A stretch of DNA of 64,000 nt from an uncultured Methylomirabilota bacterium (GCA_963845565.1 CAWJSJ010000002.1:704001-768000), one strand, 5' to 3'; counted from the stretch's first letter, positions 10,801-21,932 are shown. Notes: generated by a model not told the origin, from the letters alone. Numbers and translations: made by a program.

Positions 10801-11449
10801 TGGCGCGAAGGGTGGGCTCCTGGTCGTGAAGAACGAGGCGAACGGTCAGGGGGTTCAAGACGTTCTCTATGAGGGCGGTTTCACCAGCCCCGCCGATCTT
10901 GCCCGGGCGAAGTCGCTGCTCGACGCCGGGACGTTCAAGGCCATCGTCCTGTTGGGAGTGGACCCGGCGGGCATCGCGGGACTTACGGCCGGCCTCGCCG
11001 CCGCGCAGTTCACGGCCGCCATGGACCTGTTCAAGACCGCCGCGACAGAGCGGGCCGATGTGGTGGTCCCGCTGTGCCCGATCCAGGAGGAAGACGGCAG
11101 CGTGGTTTCCTTCGACGGGCGGATCACCCCGTTCCGAAGGGCGTTCAAGCCGCTGGCCGGGTTCGGCACCGTCGAGTTCCTGTCCGAGGCGCTCCTGCAG
11201 GCGGGAGGCGAACGGCTCGACCTGCCGGCGACCCGCCAGGCGATCGCCGGGGCGCTGCCGCTCTATCGGACGCTCGGAACCGACGCCCCGACGGCAACGT
11301 ACCTCTGCGACCAGTCGGCAGCCCGCGGCGCCGTGCCGAGATTCTCCATGGCCCCGGTATCGTCCGGTCCGGCCGGCGCGGCGTACCAACCGGCCACGAC
11401 CTTCTCGCGGGTGGTTGAGGCGAAGCTCCGCGCAGACCTGAAGGGCTGA
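7823..11449 (+). CDS. Large Fe-S flavoprotein: NuoG-like [2Fe-2S] + GltD-like FAD/NADPH domain + [4Fe-4S] clusters + degenerate molybdopterin-oxidoreductase-like domain (StnC/NsoC-like)
   Basis: IPTLC..GSCLVCVVE, CGRVCVRYCEASC, VIGGGPAGL, GGGNTAVD..YRRT, KCILCGRCVRYC, CIACGNCIEVCPTGA, CSFCGVGC. Confidence 0.85.
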   Translation: MASVTVRIDGREIAADSSQTILQVARANGVHIPTLCYDPRLPPYGSCLVCVVEVRSAGRLLMSCTTPVADGMDIWTESEPAAAARRAALEMLLSNHYADCRGPCFLECPANVDVQGYLALANAGMYREALNLIRETNPMPLACGRVCVRYCEASCRRNDVDSPAAINFMKRYVADLEYDNLPQPAPIPATGKRVAVIGGGPAGLTCGYFLATKGHRVTIFDKQPKLGGMLRYGIPEYRLPEAVLDKEIGYLLAHGIEAKTEVRLGQDFRLDDLRGQGFEAIYLAMGSWIAKGMGIENETHANILSGIAFLEGVKRQGPPRLHGTVAIVGGGNTAVDASRTALRCGAEKVAILYRRTESEMPADEIEVQDARDEGVAIQFLVAPKRAVIDNGRLIGLECFRMELGEPDASGRRRPVQVPNSEFLFACDWVFSAIGQEPDLAGLENATLGPIAVTKWKSIAADPETFLTSAPGVFAGGDAMTGPAAAIDAIGGGRKAAWVIDRYLQTGQVEKFQAGFVSKRASLAPLDESFFRQFEKTTRESMPKLEGRERIHHWEEVDLGVNALQVKHETSRCLSCGCTSVFDCDLKVFAGNYDAKQEHYKGRLRKHKLDDRHPYILLDSNKCILCGRCVRYCGDLIGVHALGFINRGYETVVKPALDKPLRETTCIACGNCIEVCPTGAITFNATLDKPGPFRTVPHRSVCSFCGVGCQIDVNHTGRDFFFVTAQPTDPFTEGELCAKGRFGTSYVGSRDRLYTCIVKGTGSVGMADAAKALATGLAGIRDAHGPDAILFLTSPRVSTEAAWLFASLAKQCGSRFVFPAEDLRRAALPDVRGLSGHNISTAKQDDLCGADVVLTVGEQAFAYNPVLGFHVRRAAQAGATWIHVGTAPAAWKRMVTIRVECATGAEATALRAICGAVVASGVYDAAGLAAAANGQAFLSHAFGQPGPSVAEAAAHIADASKKAILVVNQDAPVGGDHADVRWTADLALLTGRTGGAKGGLLVVKNEANGQGVQDVLYEGGFTSPADLARAKSLLDAGTFKAIVLLGVDPAGIAGLTAGLAAAQFTAAMDLFKTAATERADVVVPLCPIQEEDGSVVSFDGRITPFRRAFKPLAGFGTVEFLSEALLQAGGERLDLPATRQAIAGALPLYRTLGTDAPTATYLCDQSAARGAVPRFSMAPVSSGPAGAAYQPATTFSRVVEAKLRADLKG

Positions 11450-11507
11450 GCCGTTGTCAAAGAACCACTTGACCGGAGAAATTTCGGGGACGGCATAAGG
11501 AGCCGTT
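11449..11507 (+). mobile_element. MITE-like repeat, family A, truncated copy 3
   Basis: AGCCGTTGTCAAAGAA..ACGGCATAAGGAGCCGTT starting at the TGA stop of the upstream gene. Confidence 0.75.
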
Positions 11508-11667
11508 CCGGGGATTCGATCTGGCGAATGCCGGGCGGAAGTGGTACAGTCCGCCCGGTTTGTCTTTCCGGGCGCCGGGGTGGGGGGTCTGGCGCCCGCC
11601 AGATACATGTCGAGCCGGTCTGGATGTACATGGTCCTGGACATTCCCTGGCGATGGAGTGTGGGGCG

Positions 11668-13836
11668 ATGAAGCAAATCCTGGGGATCCTGCTTGCGGGG
11701 GCAGCGACTGCGCTTTGCCTCGTCGGGTTGGCGGTGGCGGCGCCGGCGGGGCCGACCAACGAGGACTGTCTGGGCTGTCACGCGGACAAGGGGCTGGTCA
11801 AAGAGGTCAGAGGTAAGAAGGTCTCCCTCTACGCCGACGAGGGCGTCCTCAAGGCCTCCGTCCACGGCCGCCTGGCCTGCACCGCCTGCCACGCGGGCAT
11901 CAAGGAGGTTCCCCACGCCGAGAAGGTTCCGCCGGTGTCGTGCTCCGGCTGCCACGGGCCGGCCAGCGGGAAGTTTGCCCAAAGCGTCCACGGTCGCAAG
12001 GACGGTCCGCAGCTCGACTGCCAGACCTGCCACGGCGCCCATGTCGTGAAGCCGGCCGCACAGCTCGGCCCGGCGGTCTGCGAGACGTGCCACCAGCCGA
12101 TGGTGCAGGGATGGCAGGCGAGCGTGCACGGGAAAGCGGTGGCGCAGGGCGTGAAGGAAGCCGCCCAGTGTCGGGACTGTCACGGCGCGACCCATGAACT
12201 GCTGTCGCAGCAGGATCCCGGGGCACCCACCAGCCGGGCGAAGATGGCGGAGACGTGCGCACGCTGCCACGCGGACCGGGCCCTGATCGAAAAGCGACAG
12301 ATCCCGGTTCCCCAGGCCTTCCAGCTCTATCAGAAGAGCGTCCACGGTCGGGCGGTGGCGGCCGGGAAACCGGCCGCGACGTGCAACAACTGCCATGCCA
12401 GCCACCAGATCCTCCGGGCCAACGACCCGAAATCCACCGTGTACCGAGAAAACATCCCCCAGATGTGCGGAAGCTGCCACGGCGAGGAGGCCAAGGTCTA
12501 CCTGGGAAGCATTCACGGGACCGCCATGCGCCACGGCGCCACCAAGTCGCCGGTCTGCACCGACTGCCACGGGGAGCACTCCATCACCGGGGCGCAGGAC
12601 CCGAACTCCCGGGTCAGCGTCGCCCAGGTGACCAAGACCTGCGCGAGTTGCCACCAGGCGCTGGAGATCACCGAGAAGTACGGCCTGCCGGGAAACCGGG
12701 TGGCGACGTACCAGGACAGCTTCCACGGGCTGGCGGCGCGCGGGGGAAATCTCACGGCAGCCAACTGCTCGAGCTGCCACGGCTTTCACGACGTCCGCCC
12801 ATCCGCGGATCCGAAATCCTCGATCCACGCAAACAACCTCCAGGCCACCTGCGGGAAATGCCATCCGGGCGCGAGCGAGAACTTCGCGAAGGGCAGCGTC
12901 CATGTCTCGGGCACACGCCAGGACGCGCCGATCCTCTACTACGCCCGCGCGTTCTACCTGTTGATGATCCTGGGCACGATCGGCGGCATGCTGGCACACA
13001 ACGGCTTGGACTTCTTGAAAAAGATGCGGCGGGAGTACCGCCGCCGGGGCGGCGGCAGGGGTGCGGTTACCGCCGACACGTACGCCGCCCACGCCGCGGA
13101 GCCACCGCGGTTCTATCTCCGCATGTCGGCCTTCGAGCGCTGGCAGCACGTCCTCCTGGCGGCGAGCTTCATCGTCCTGGTCTATACCGGTTTCGCCCTC
13201 AAGTTCCCGGAGAGCTGGCCGTTCGCCTGGCTGGTGGCCCTGGAGACAGGATACGCGTGGCGCGGGTGGGTCCACCGGGGGGCGGCCCTGGTGATGCTCC
13301 TGGCGTGTTTGCTCCACGTGGTCTATCTGCCGACCCGCCGGGGGCGCGCCCACGTCCTGGCCATGCTGCCGCGGCTCTCCGACGCGAAGGAGGTCATTCA
13401 GAACGCAGGGTACCTGCTCGGCATCCGGCGAGAAGGGCCGCGCTGCGACCGCTTCAGCTATATCGAGAAGGCGGAGTACTGGGCGGTGGTCTGGGGTTCC
13501 GTGGTCATGGCCGTCACCGGCTTCGTCCTGTGGTTCGAAACCGACGCGCTGCGCGTCCTGCCGCTGTGGGCGCTGGATCTGGCGACGCTGATCCACTATT
13601 ACGAAGCCTGGCTGGCCAGCCTGGCCATCCTGGTATGGCACTTCTACTTCGTGATCTTCAACCCGGACGTCTATCCGATGAACTGGACGTGGCTGACCGG
13701 GAAGATCTCGGAGGAGATGCTGCGCCACGAGCACCCGCGGGAGTACGAGCGGTTGCGCGCGGAGGAGGAGCTGGACGCCGGACCCAACGAATCCCCGCAG
13801 GCCCCCGGCCAACACGAGCCGCCCGCCGGAGGGTAG
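11668..13836 (+). CDS. Multiheme cytochrome c (13 CxxCH) fused to a membrane cytochrome b domain (CbcL-like quinol oxidoreductase)
   Basis: Signal peptide; 13 CxxCH counted; C-terminal helices with ERWQH, WVHR, EKAEYWA, IHYYEA, VWHFY as in FdnI/HydC-type diheme cytochrome b. Confidence 0.85.
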   Translation: MKQILGILLAGAATALCLVGLAVAAPAGPTNEDCLGCHADKGLVKEVRGKKVSLYADEGVLKASVHGRLACTACHAGIKEVPHAEKVPPVSCSGCHGPASGKFAQSVHGRKDGPQLDCQTCHGAHVVKPAAQLGPAVCETCHQPMVQGWQASVHGKAVAQGVKEAAQCRDCHGATHELLSQQDPGAPTSRAKMAETCARCHADRALIEKRQIPVPQAFQLYQKSVHGRAVAAGKPAATCNNCHASHQILRANDPKSTVYRENIPQMCGSCHGEEAKVYLGSIHGTAMRHGATKSPVCTDCHGEHSITGAQDPNSRVSVAQVTKTCASCHQALEITEKYGLPGNRVATYQDSFHGLAARGGNLTAANCSSCHGFHDVRPSADPKSSIHANNLQATCGKCHPGASENFAKGSVHVSGTRQDAPILYYARAFYLLMILGTIGGMLAHNGLDFLKKMRREYRRRGGGRGAVTADTYAAHAAEPPRFYLRMSAFERWQHVLLAASFIVLVYTGFALKFPESWPFAWLVALETGYAWRGWVHRGAALVMLLACLLHVVYLPTRRGRAHVLAMLPRLSDAKEVIQNAGYLLGIRREGPRCDRFSYIEKAEYWAVVWGSVVMAVTGFVLWFETDALRVLPLWALDLATLIHYYEAWLASLAILVWHFYFVIFNPDVYPMNWTWLTGKISEEMLRHEHPREYERLRAEEELDAGPNESPQAPGQHEPPAGG

Positions 13837-13891
13837 GCGAGACCTCGTCCCGCACCACGCCGCCGCTCGACGCACGGAAGAGGACACCACG

Positions 13892-13928
13892 AGGGCCCGG
13901 GGGATTTTCCCGGGCCCTGGCGTTTTCT
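13892..13928 (+). terminator. Probable intrinsic terminator
   Basis: AGGGCCCGGG..CCCGGGCCCT followed by GGCGTTTTCT. Confidence 0.5.
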
Positions 13929-14053
13929 CGTCTGCTGAGGTAAGGTGAGCCCGCCGCCCCGCCTCCAGGGAGACCGGCCGTTTTGAGCGCTGTCCCGGGG
14001 GCGAGTGGGGGCTTGCGGCCGGTTTGCAGGATGGGTTTCCGCGGGGGGCGGGA

Positions 14054-15612
14054 ATGCCACGCAACGCATCGGACGATCACAACCGCAGGTCGGCCCGGTC
14101 GTTCCTTTACAGCCTGAAGACCAGGTTCATCGCCGCCCTCCTCCTCTTGGTCGGTGTCGTCATCGGTCTGTCAACCTGGTGGAACCTCAGCCTGCATACA
14201 GGGCACATGGTTCGGGCGACGGAGGACAAAGTCCGGGCCCTGGCCGACGCGATCGACGGCGGGATCCAGGTCGCCATGCGCGAAGGGCACACCACCGAGG
14301 TGCAGCGCATCCTGGAAGGCATGGCGCGGGACCCGGATATCGAGCGGATCGTCATCTTCGACGACGGCGGGCGAATCCGACAGGCCTCCAACCGGGACCT
14401 GGTCGGACGGGTCATGGACCGCGACCGGTTGTCCCGGTATCTGGCGCAGCCGGATTTCACGGCGATCGGGCGCTACGAGGACGGGGAGCTCATTCAGTCG
14501 GTCGTCAAGAAGATCCGGAATCGCACCGAATGCCGCGCCTGTCACGGGACAGCGACGGAGTTCCTCGGCACCCTGCAGCTTGACATGTCTTTTCGCCAGA
14601 CCCAGGAGCAGATCGCTGACATGAAGCGCGCCGCCCTGTGGACCATGCTCCTGACGGGCCTGGTCCTGGCCGGGGGCGGCGGGGTCCTGATGATCCGCAT
14701 GGTGGACCGGCGCGTCACGCGACTGGCGGCGGCCATGGCGCGCGTGGAGACCGGCGATCTAGGCGTCCGGGCGATTCCGGGCGGACGCGACGAACTGGGT
14801 GGGCTGGCCGAGAGCTTCAACGCGATGGTGGAACGGTTGCGCGCGGCGCGCGAAGAGATCGAGGCCTATCACCAACAACGTCTGGCCCGAACCGAGCGGC
14901 TGGCGGGCCTTGGGGAGCTGGCCGCCTCGGTCGCTCACGAGATCAAGAACCCGCTGGCGGGGATCGCCGGAGCGGTCCGCATCCTGGCGGAGGACATGCC
15001 CGCCAGCGACCCGCGCAAGGAGATCATGGGCGAAGTCCTGGCACAGATCCGGAGGCTGGACGGCACGGTGCGCGACCTTCTGACGTTCGCGCGTCCCGGC
15101 GGCCCCGAGTTGGGTCCCTGTGCGTTACACCAAGTCCTGGATCGCGTCCTTTTGGTGCTGGCGGACGACCCGTCGGCTTCGAACGTTCGTGTGGTGCGGG
15201 AATACCAGTCGGACCTCCCCCCGGTATCCGCGGATGGGAAGCTGCTGGAGCAGGTCTTCTTCAATCTGTTGCTGAATGCCGTCCAGGCGATGGGTGGCCA
15301 CGGCACGATCACGCTGCGCACGGCCCGCGGCGAGGCGGGCGCGAGGCGGACCGATGGCACGCCGTTCGAGCCGCACGTCGAGATCCGCGTGATGGACACC
15401 GGTCCGGGCATCCCGGCGCATCTCCTGCGCGAGATCTTCACGCCGTTCTTCACGACCAAGCCGCGCGGCATCGGACTCGGTTTGGCGATCACGCGGCGGA
15501 TCGTGGAGGACCACGGCGGACGGATCAGCGGAGAGAACCTCCCGGGGCAGGGTGCGATGTTTCGCATCTGTCTCCCCCTGGAGGGGTCCGACGACGGTCC
15601 AGGAGAGAGAGC

Positions 15613-15616
<4 letters not shown>
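14054..15616 (+). CDS. Sensor histidine kinase (2 TM, periplasmic CxxCH, HAMP, HisKA, HATPase)
   Basis: ECRACHG, AHEIKNPL, NLLLNAVQA, DTGPGI, FFTTK..GIGLGL. Confidence 0.92.
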
Positions 15617-16998
<1,382 letters not shown>

Positions 16999-17039
16999 GC
17001 CCCGCCCCGTCCAAGCCACCGGCCGGCCCATCGTGCTGC

Positions 17040-17055
17040 TGGCATTCTGCTTGCT
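17040..17055 (+). promoter_or_regulatory. Sigma-54 (-24/-12) promoter
   Basis: TGGCATTCTGCTTGCT: GG-N10-GC. Confidence 0.7.
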
Positions 17056-17083
17056 TCTGCACGACTCCCAAAGGACGTCCCCC

Positions 17084-17476
17084 ATGGCCCTGCCCCTCGT
17101 CTTGATCGTCGATGACGATAAGCTCACCCGGTGGTCGGTCTCCAGGGTCCTCACCCGTGCGGGCTATCAGGTCCAGGAGGCGGCCACGGCCGCCGAGGGT
17201 TTGGCGGCGATCGCGGGCGAAAGGCCAGACGCCGTCCTGCTGGACATTGTGCTCCCCGACGGTGACGGGGTTTCCGCGTTGCGCACGATTCACGAGACGC
17301 ACCCCCGGCTTCCCGTGATCCTCATCACCGCCCACGGCTCGGAGGAGACCGTCAGAACGGCGCGCGATCTCGGCGCGCGAGGCCACCTGACCAAACCCTG
17401 CAATCCCGCGGAGCTCTGCGCAGCATTGGCGCTTGCGATCGGTCGGGCCTCCTCGCCAAATCACCCATTCCAGTAG
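17084..17476 (+). CDS. Single-domain response regulator (receiver only)
   Basis: LIVDDD, LLDIVLP, ITAHG, LTKP. Confidence 0.88.
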   Translation: MALPLVLIVDDDKLTRWSVSRVLTRAGYQVQEAATAAEGLAAIAGERPDAVLLDIVLPDGDGVSALRTIHETHPRLPVILITAHGSEETVRTARDLGARGHLTKPCNPAELCAALALAIGRASSPNHPFQ

Positions 17477-17496
17477 ACGGCTCTCGGGTGCGCGAC

Positions 17497-17546
17497 GTGC
17501 GGGGAATCTCGCACCCCGCCTGCACGGGGTGCGTGAAACCTCGCAG
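17497..17546. promoter_or_regulatory. Tandem palindromic enhancer-like sites for a sigma-54 activator
   Basis: GTGCGGGGAATCTCGCAC (17497) and GTGCGTGAAACCTCGCAG (17529), both TGCG-N8-CGCA, 32 bp apart. Confidence 0.55.
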
Positions 17547-17662
17547 GCGGGTCCGGCGATCGTTTGCGGCCAACGCCGGACGCCTGTGCCGGCGCTGGTG
17601 GGACTTCATTGTTTTGGAGGAATTAGCCCCCCCCTGGCGCTGCGGGCGCTCCTCCATCAAGT

Positions 17663-17678
17663 TGGCCCCAGGCTTGCT
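17663..17678 (+). promoter_or_regulatory. Sigma-54 promoter of the mtrAB-like genes
   Basis: TGGCCCCAGGCTTGCT: GG-N10-GC, ~40 bp before the ATG. Confidence 0.7.
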
Positions 17679-17717
17679 TTTCTCTGACGCAACGACATTT
17701 CTGTGTGGAGGAATGCC

Positions 17718-18708
17718 ATGCGGACGCACCCAACGATGAACTCAGGTATCCCATGTCTGACGGGGGCGTGGAGGCCGATCGGGCTCCTGCTCGGCCTCGC
17801 CGGGCTGGTGCTGATCGCCGGCCTGTGCCTCGGGGCACAGGGCGAGGCCGCCGCCCCGGCGGTTCCCGGGGCAACCTTTGTGGGGAGCGAGACCTGCAAG
17901 GGGTGTCATGAGGATCAGTTCAAGAAACTGGACGCCACCCTGCACAGCCGCGTGCTCGGGGAGCGGGGCCGGACTGCGCTGCAGCAACAGGCGTGCGAGT
18001 CCTGCCACGGCCCGGGGAGCAAACACCTGGAGGACCAGACGAATCCGGCGTATAGCGTCCGGTTCGGGCCGAAAGTCCGTGCAGTCCGTCGCAGATCGCA
18101 ATGCCGTCTGCCTGCAGTGCCACCAGAAAGGCAAGCGCGCATTCTGGCAGGGAAGCACCCATGAGACGCGAGACGTCTCTTGCACGACTTGCCACAGTGT
18201 CAAGAGCCCGAAGTCGCTGAAGGCCCAATTGGCGGCGCCGGACCAGCTCGCGCTGTGCAAGCAGTGCCACGTGGTGAGTGTCGGCCAGCAGGCGAACTGG
18301 TCGCACATGCCAGTGCGCGAAGGGAAAATGCAGTGCTCGAGCTGTCACAACGTGCACGGGACGGTCACCGAGAAGCTGATCGTGGACAACAGCATCAACG
18401 AAAACTGCTATCGCTGCCATACGGATAAGCGGGGACCGTTCCTGTGGGAGCACGCCCCCGTGCGTGAGAGCTGCATGAACTGCCATAAACCGCACGGCAG
18501 CAACAACATCCGGCTGCTCAGGCTCCGCGAGCCCCGACTCTGCCAGCAGTGCCACAACGAGAACCGGCACCCGTCCACGGCGTTCTCCGGGGGCAGCACC
18601 GGGCTCGGCGGGATCGCCGACCGGCGGGTGCTGGGGCGAAGCTGCGCACTCTGCCACTCGAACATCCACGGGTCGAACCATCCGTCCGGGTTCGCCTTCA
18701 CGCGATAG
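17718..18708 (+). CDS. Decaheme cytochrome c, DmsE/MtrA/MtoA/PioA family (apparent +1 frameshift at ~18073)
   Basis: 2 CxxCH in the first frame + 8 in the second = 10; GPFLWEHAPVRESCMNCH..HGS and IHGSNHPSG family motifs. Confidence 0.88.
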
Positions 18709-18722
18709 GGGGAGGCGTCGTG

Positions 18723-21020
18723 ATGCGATACGGAATTCGTCCTCTGTCTGGGCTGATGCGGCGATTGCCCACGGTGTTCGTGCTGGGGATAATGCTGGTA
18801 GTCGGAGGACTCGGCCTGTGGCCCCGGCCGGCCCCTGCCGGAGAACCGAGTGCCGGCGCGGCGTGGAAAGACGGACTGCCTTTCAATTTGAACGGGGAGA
18901 TCGAGGCGGGGTGGCAGTACGTCTATAAGTCGGAAAACTCCGCGACCTTCAATGAATACCGGGATCTGAATACCGGTTTCATCATGCCGAGCTTCCGAAT
19001 CCTGGGAGAGGACAAAGCTCGCCGCGGATTTTGGGAGATGGGCGGGACTCGCCTGACACAGACGGATGCCAACTACTACGCGAACGCGGGAATCTACAAC
19101 TGGTTCAGGTTTGACTTCGAATACGACCGAATCCCGCATGTCCTCGCCAACAACGCCCAGACCATCTACGCCGAGGCCGCGCCCGGCCTCTTCTTCATCA
19201 ACGGGTCCGTCGCCCAGACCGCCCAGCTCCAAACCGCGCTGAACGCCGCGATCTCGACCCCACCCACCGCGGCCCAACGACTCAACATTATCAACGCGGT
19301 GAACAGCCTCCTGCAGCCGACCCCGCTCCGTTTCCAGACCGACACCGCCAGGTTCGGCCTCAACTGGCTTCCCCTGCCCGACCTGGAGCTCGCGGCCGGA
19401 TACTCGTACGCGACGCGCGAGGGGAAGATCCCTCTCGGGACCGTCATCGGCTCTCCCGGGAGCAACGTGCTGGAGCTGGCCATCCCGCGGGACGAGCGGA
19501 TTCACGAGATCAAATTCGGCGCCGATTACATCCGGAACTGGTATCAGCTCCGTTTCAACTATACCTACTCGCTCTTCGAGAACGAGGTGAACCGGATCGA
19601 GTGGCAAAACCCGTGCGGCACGGGTCCCTCCTGCGGCAACCCCTCCGGGCTGGGTCGCTACTCCACGATGCCGGAGAATTATGCCAACACGCTCTCCGGA
19701 GCCGGGGCCGTCACGCTGCCCTGGTGGGCAACCCGGCTGACCGGGGCACTGTCCTACAGCATGTGGCGGCAGAACGAGACCTTTTTGCCGTACACGACGG
19801 TCCCGGGATATACCGGCAACACGAGCGATGCCGGGGCGAACAGCCCCGACGCCAGCATGAACGTGTTGCTCGTGAATCTTGGGCTGACCGCCCGCCCGCT
19901 CCGGGACGTGACCATTGCGGCCCGGTATCGCATGTACGACCTGGAGAACGATACGCCGGTACAAACCTTCACGAATATCCTCAATCCGGGCGATCTCACG
20001 CCGGCGAGCACCAACAACACTCACACCAGCGAACCCTACGCGTTCCGCAGACAGAACGCGGGCGGGGACGTGTCGTGGCGGATTGCCAAACCCATCACAC
20101 TGCGCGCCGGATACGAGTACGTGCAGTGGAACCGGAAAGACCGGGAGACCGCCAGTACCCATGAGAATATCGGCAAAGCGGTGATGGACGTCCAGCCCTG
20201 GTCGTGGCTGCTGGCCCGCCTCCAATACTCACACGGCGTCCGGGTCATCAACGGAACATACGAGCCGCTGGGCGGAAACGCCACCGCACTCCCGCAATTC
20301 CGGAAGTTCGATCAGGCGGACCGTACCCAGGACAAGGGCGATGTCCTGTTGCAGATCACTCCCATCGACACCCTGACCCTGAGCGGGTCGTTCTATATCG
20401 CAAATGACAACTACTTTAACACCACGTACGGCGTGAATGGCGTGCAGGCACTCGGCTATTCCTTCGACGCGTCGTGGGCGCCCCTGGAGCGGCTCAATCT
20501 TTACGCCGGATGGGTCCACGATCTCTACAAATCGAATCAGCAGAACTGCGCTATCGCCGCGGGGCCACCGACGCCCTGCGACCCGCTGAACAGCTTTGTC
20601 GTGGATCCTCAGGACATGTTGGACGTGGTCCGCGCCGGCGTTAACGTCGTCGTCATCCCGAGCGTACTCGATCTCAGCCTTGGCTATTCGTACTCCTTCG
20701 GGCGAAGCAAATACTCGTTCTCAAGCACTCCGGGTGGTGCGGCGACCGGCGAACCCGCGTCTGTGCCCGAGGTGGAGAACAAGTTCAACATTTTCAACGT
20801 GGTGGCACGCTACTTCATCAACAAGGAGTGGACTCTGAAGCTCGGGTTCCAGTACGAGCGGTACGACGAAAAGGACTTCACGACCGACACGATCCAACCG
20901 TCGGTGGCTGCCGTCCCCGGAACGACCGCCGCGGCGGATCTGCGATCCATCGTGCTCGGCGCGAAGCACCCTTCCTACTCGAATTACATTATGGCGCTGT
21001 CGTTGGCGTATCGGTTCTAG
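18723..21020 (+). CDS. MtrB/PioB family outer-membrane beta-barrel
   Basis: Signal peptide, FNEYRDL, RKFDQADR, alternating beta strands, C-terminal aromatic (AYRF); directly after the decaheme gene. Confidence 0.85.
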   Translation: MRYGIRPLSGLMRRLPTVFVLGIMLVVGGLGLWPRPAPAGEPSAGAAWKDGLPFNLNGEIEAGWQYVYKSENSATFNEYRDLNTGFIMPSFRILGEDKARRGFWEMGGTRLTQTDANYYANAGIYNWFRFDFEYDRIPHVLANNAQTIYAEAAPGLFFINGSVAQTAQLQTALNAAISTPPTAAQRLNIINAVNSLLQPTPLRFQTDTARFGLNWLPLPDLELAAGYSYATREGKIPLGTVIGSPGSNVLELAIPRDERIHEIKFGADYIRNWYQLRFNYTYSLFENEVNRIEWQNPCGTGPSCGNPSGLGRYSTMPENYANTLSGAGAVTLPWWATRLTGALSYSMWRQNETFLPYTTVPGYTGNTSDAGANSPDASMNVLLVNLGLTARPLRDVTIAARYRMYDLENDTPVQTFTNILNPGDLTPASTNNTHTSEPYAFRRQNAGGDVSWRIAKPITLRAGYEYVQWNRKDRETASTHENIGKAVMDVQPWSWLLARLQYSHGVRVINGTYEPLGGNATALPQFRKFDQADRTQDKGDVLLQITPIDTLTLSGSFYIANDNYFNTTYGVNGVQALGYSFDASWAPLERLNLYAGWVHDLYKSNQQNCAIAAGPPTPCDPLNSFVVDPQDMLDVVRAGVNVVVIPSVLDLSLGYSYSFGRSKYSFSSTPGGAATGEPASVPEVENKFNIFNVVARYFINKEWTLKLGFQYERYDEKDFTTDTIQPSVAAVPGTTAAADLRSIVLGAKHPSYSNYIMALSLAYRF

Positions 21021-21189
21021 CTGCTGGTAGCGAATCGGCCCGCCACGCCTTGACGGGGCGGCCGGTGCGGCCCATATTATCACCGGGGATCGCAGCGCGC
21101 GGGAACCAGACCCTCTGGCGATCGCAAACGAGAGGGGCGCAGCGTCCCGTGCCGACCATGCCTATCGGGCCTGTCGTGAGGAGGCTTCC

Positions 21190-21522
21190 ATGCGACACCG
21201 CATCGCCGTCGGTTTCTTGCTCGCTCTTCTCGCCGGGTGTGTTGCGCAACAGCAGACGGTGACCCCGCAGCGCTTGCCGGACGAAGCCGTCGGGACTCTG
21301 ACCGCGAAAGAGGCCATCGGGAAGCTCGGGGCGCCCACATACGAGCGGTTGTGCGAGGACGGGAGCACGACGCTTGGCTGGAAGCACGCCGCGCCCCCGC
21401 AAACGAAGCTGCCTGAGCCCGGACGGCTTCTGATTCTTCGGTCGCCGACCGAGCCCAAGGAGTCGCTGGTCTGCAAGTTCGATCAGAACGGCAAGCTCTT
21501 GTGGTGGCGCGAAGTGAAATAG
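21190..21522 (+). CDS. Small lipoprotein of unknown function
   Basis: Lipobox LLAGC; RBS GAGGAGG. Confidence 0.6.
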   Translation: MRHRIAVGFLLALLAGCVAQQQTVTPQRLPDEAVGTLTAKEAIGKLGAPTYERLCEDGSTTLGWKHAAPPQTKLPEPGRLLILRSPTEPKESLVCKFDQNGKLLWWREVK

Positions 21523-21591
21523 GGGCGGTGGCGCGCCGCCGCGGCGTTCACGGGACCTCGGCTCTGCTCGACTGACGACGATTCCGTACCT

Positions 21592-21650
21592 GAAATACAT
21601 GCGGCCCCTCCCGTCATGGTGGTCTTGGCGGAAGGGGCCGCATGTATTTC
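21592..21650. repeat. Long intergenic inverted repeat (REP-like)
   Basis: GAAATACATGCGGCCCCT ... AGGGGCCGCATGTATTTC, 18-bp perfect arms. Confidence 0.65.
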
Positions 21651-21932
21651 CAGCGATCGGGCGAGGACGCCGGTTCGAGCGGATGGGGCTTGGGCGCGCA
21701 CCGGTCCGGATAAGAGGTTGACGCGATCAGGTACGGCGTCCCGGCACTTGGCCGTGGCTGGGAAAGCGTGGTATAGTCCCGCCGCTCCCGGAAAACTCGG
21801 GGCCGGTACGGCCGCGGAGAGTGGCGCAGGGCGAGAATGGCCGCTCCTCGGGGCCTCACCCGGGGATCGGCGGCGCGGATCACAGATTGGCGGATACGGA
21901 CCGAAACTGCAGCAGACATAAGGAGACAAACG

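Noticed and set aside
5270..11449. Complex I, [FeFe]-hydrogenase or formate dehydrogenase
   Set aside because: No membrane nuo genes, no H-cluster motifs, degenerate molybdopterin domain, and a GltD-like insert is present
7796..11608. Very long antisense ORFs (also 39417-42992, 11263-14064, 51325-53574, 26262-28313 and others)
   Set aside because: Shadows of high-GC coding strands; no motifs, and they overlap well-supported + strand genes
14638..15612. N-terminal extension of the sigma-54 regulator
   Set aside because: Off-frame overlap with the kinase; RBS and ATG at 15613
18065..18080. Programmed frameshift or phase variation in the decaheme gene
   Set aside because: Only a 3-A run, no slippery heptamer or long tract; same pattern as other indels in the window
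21780..21930. Glycine riboswitch in the tdh leader
   Set aside because: GGAGAG is present but the CCGAAG and CTCTCAGG elements are not
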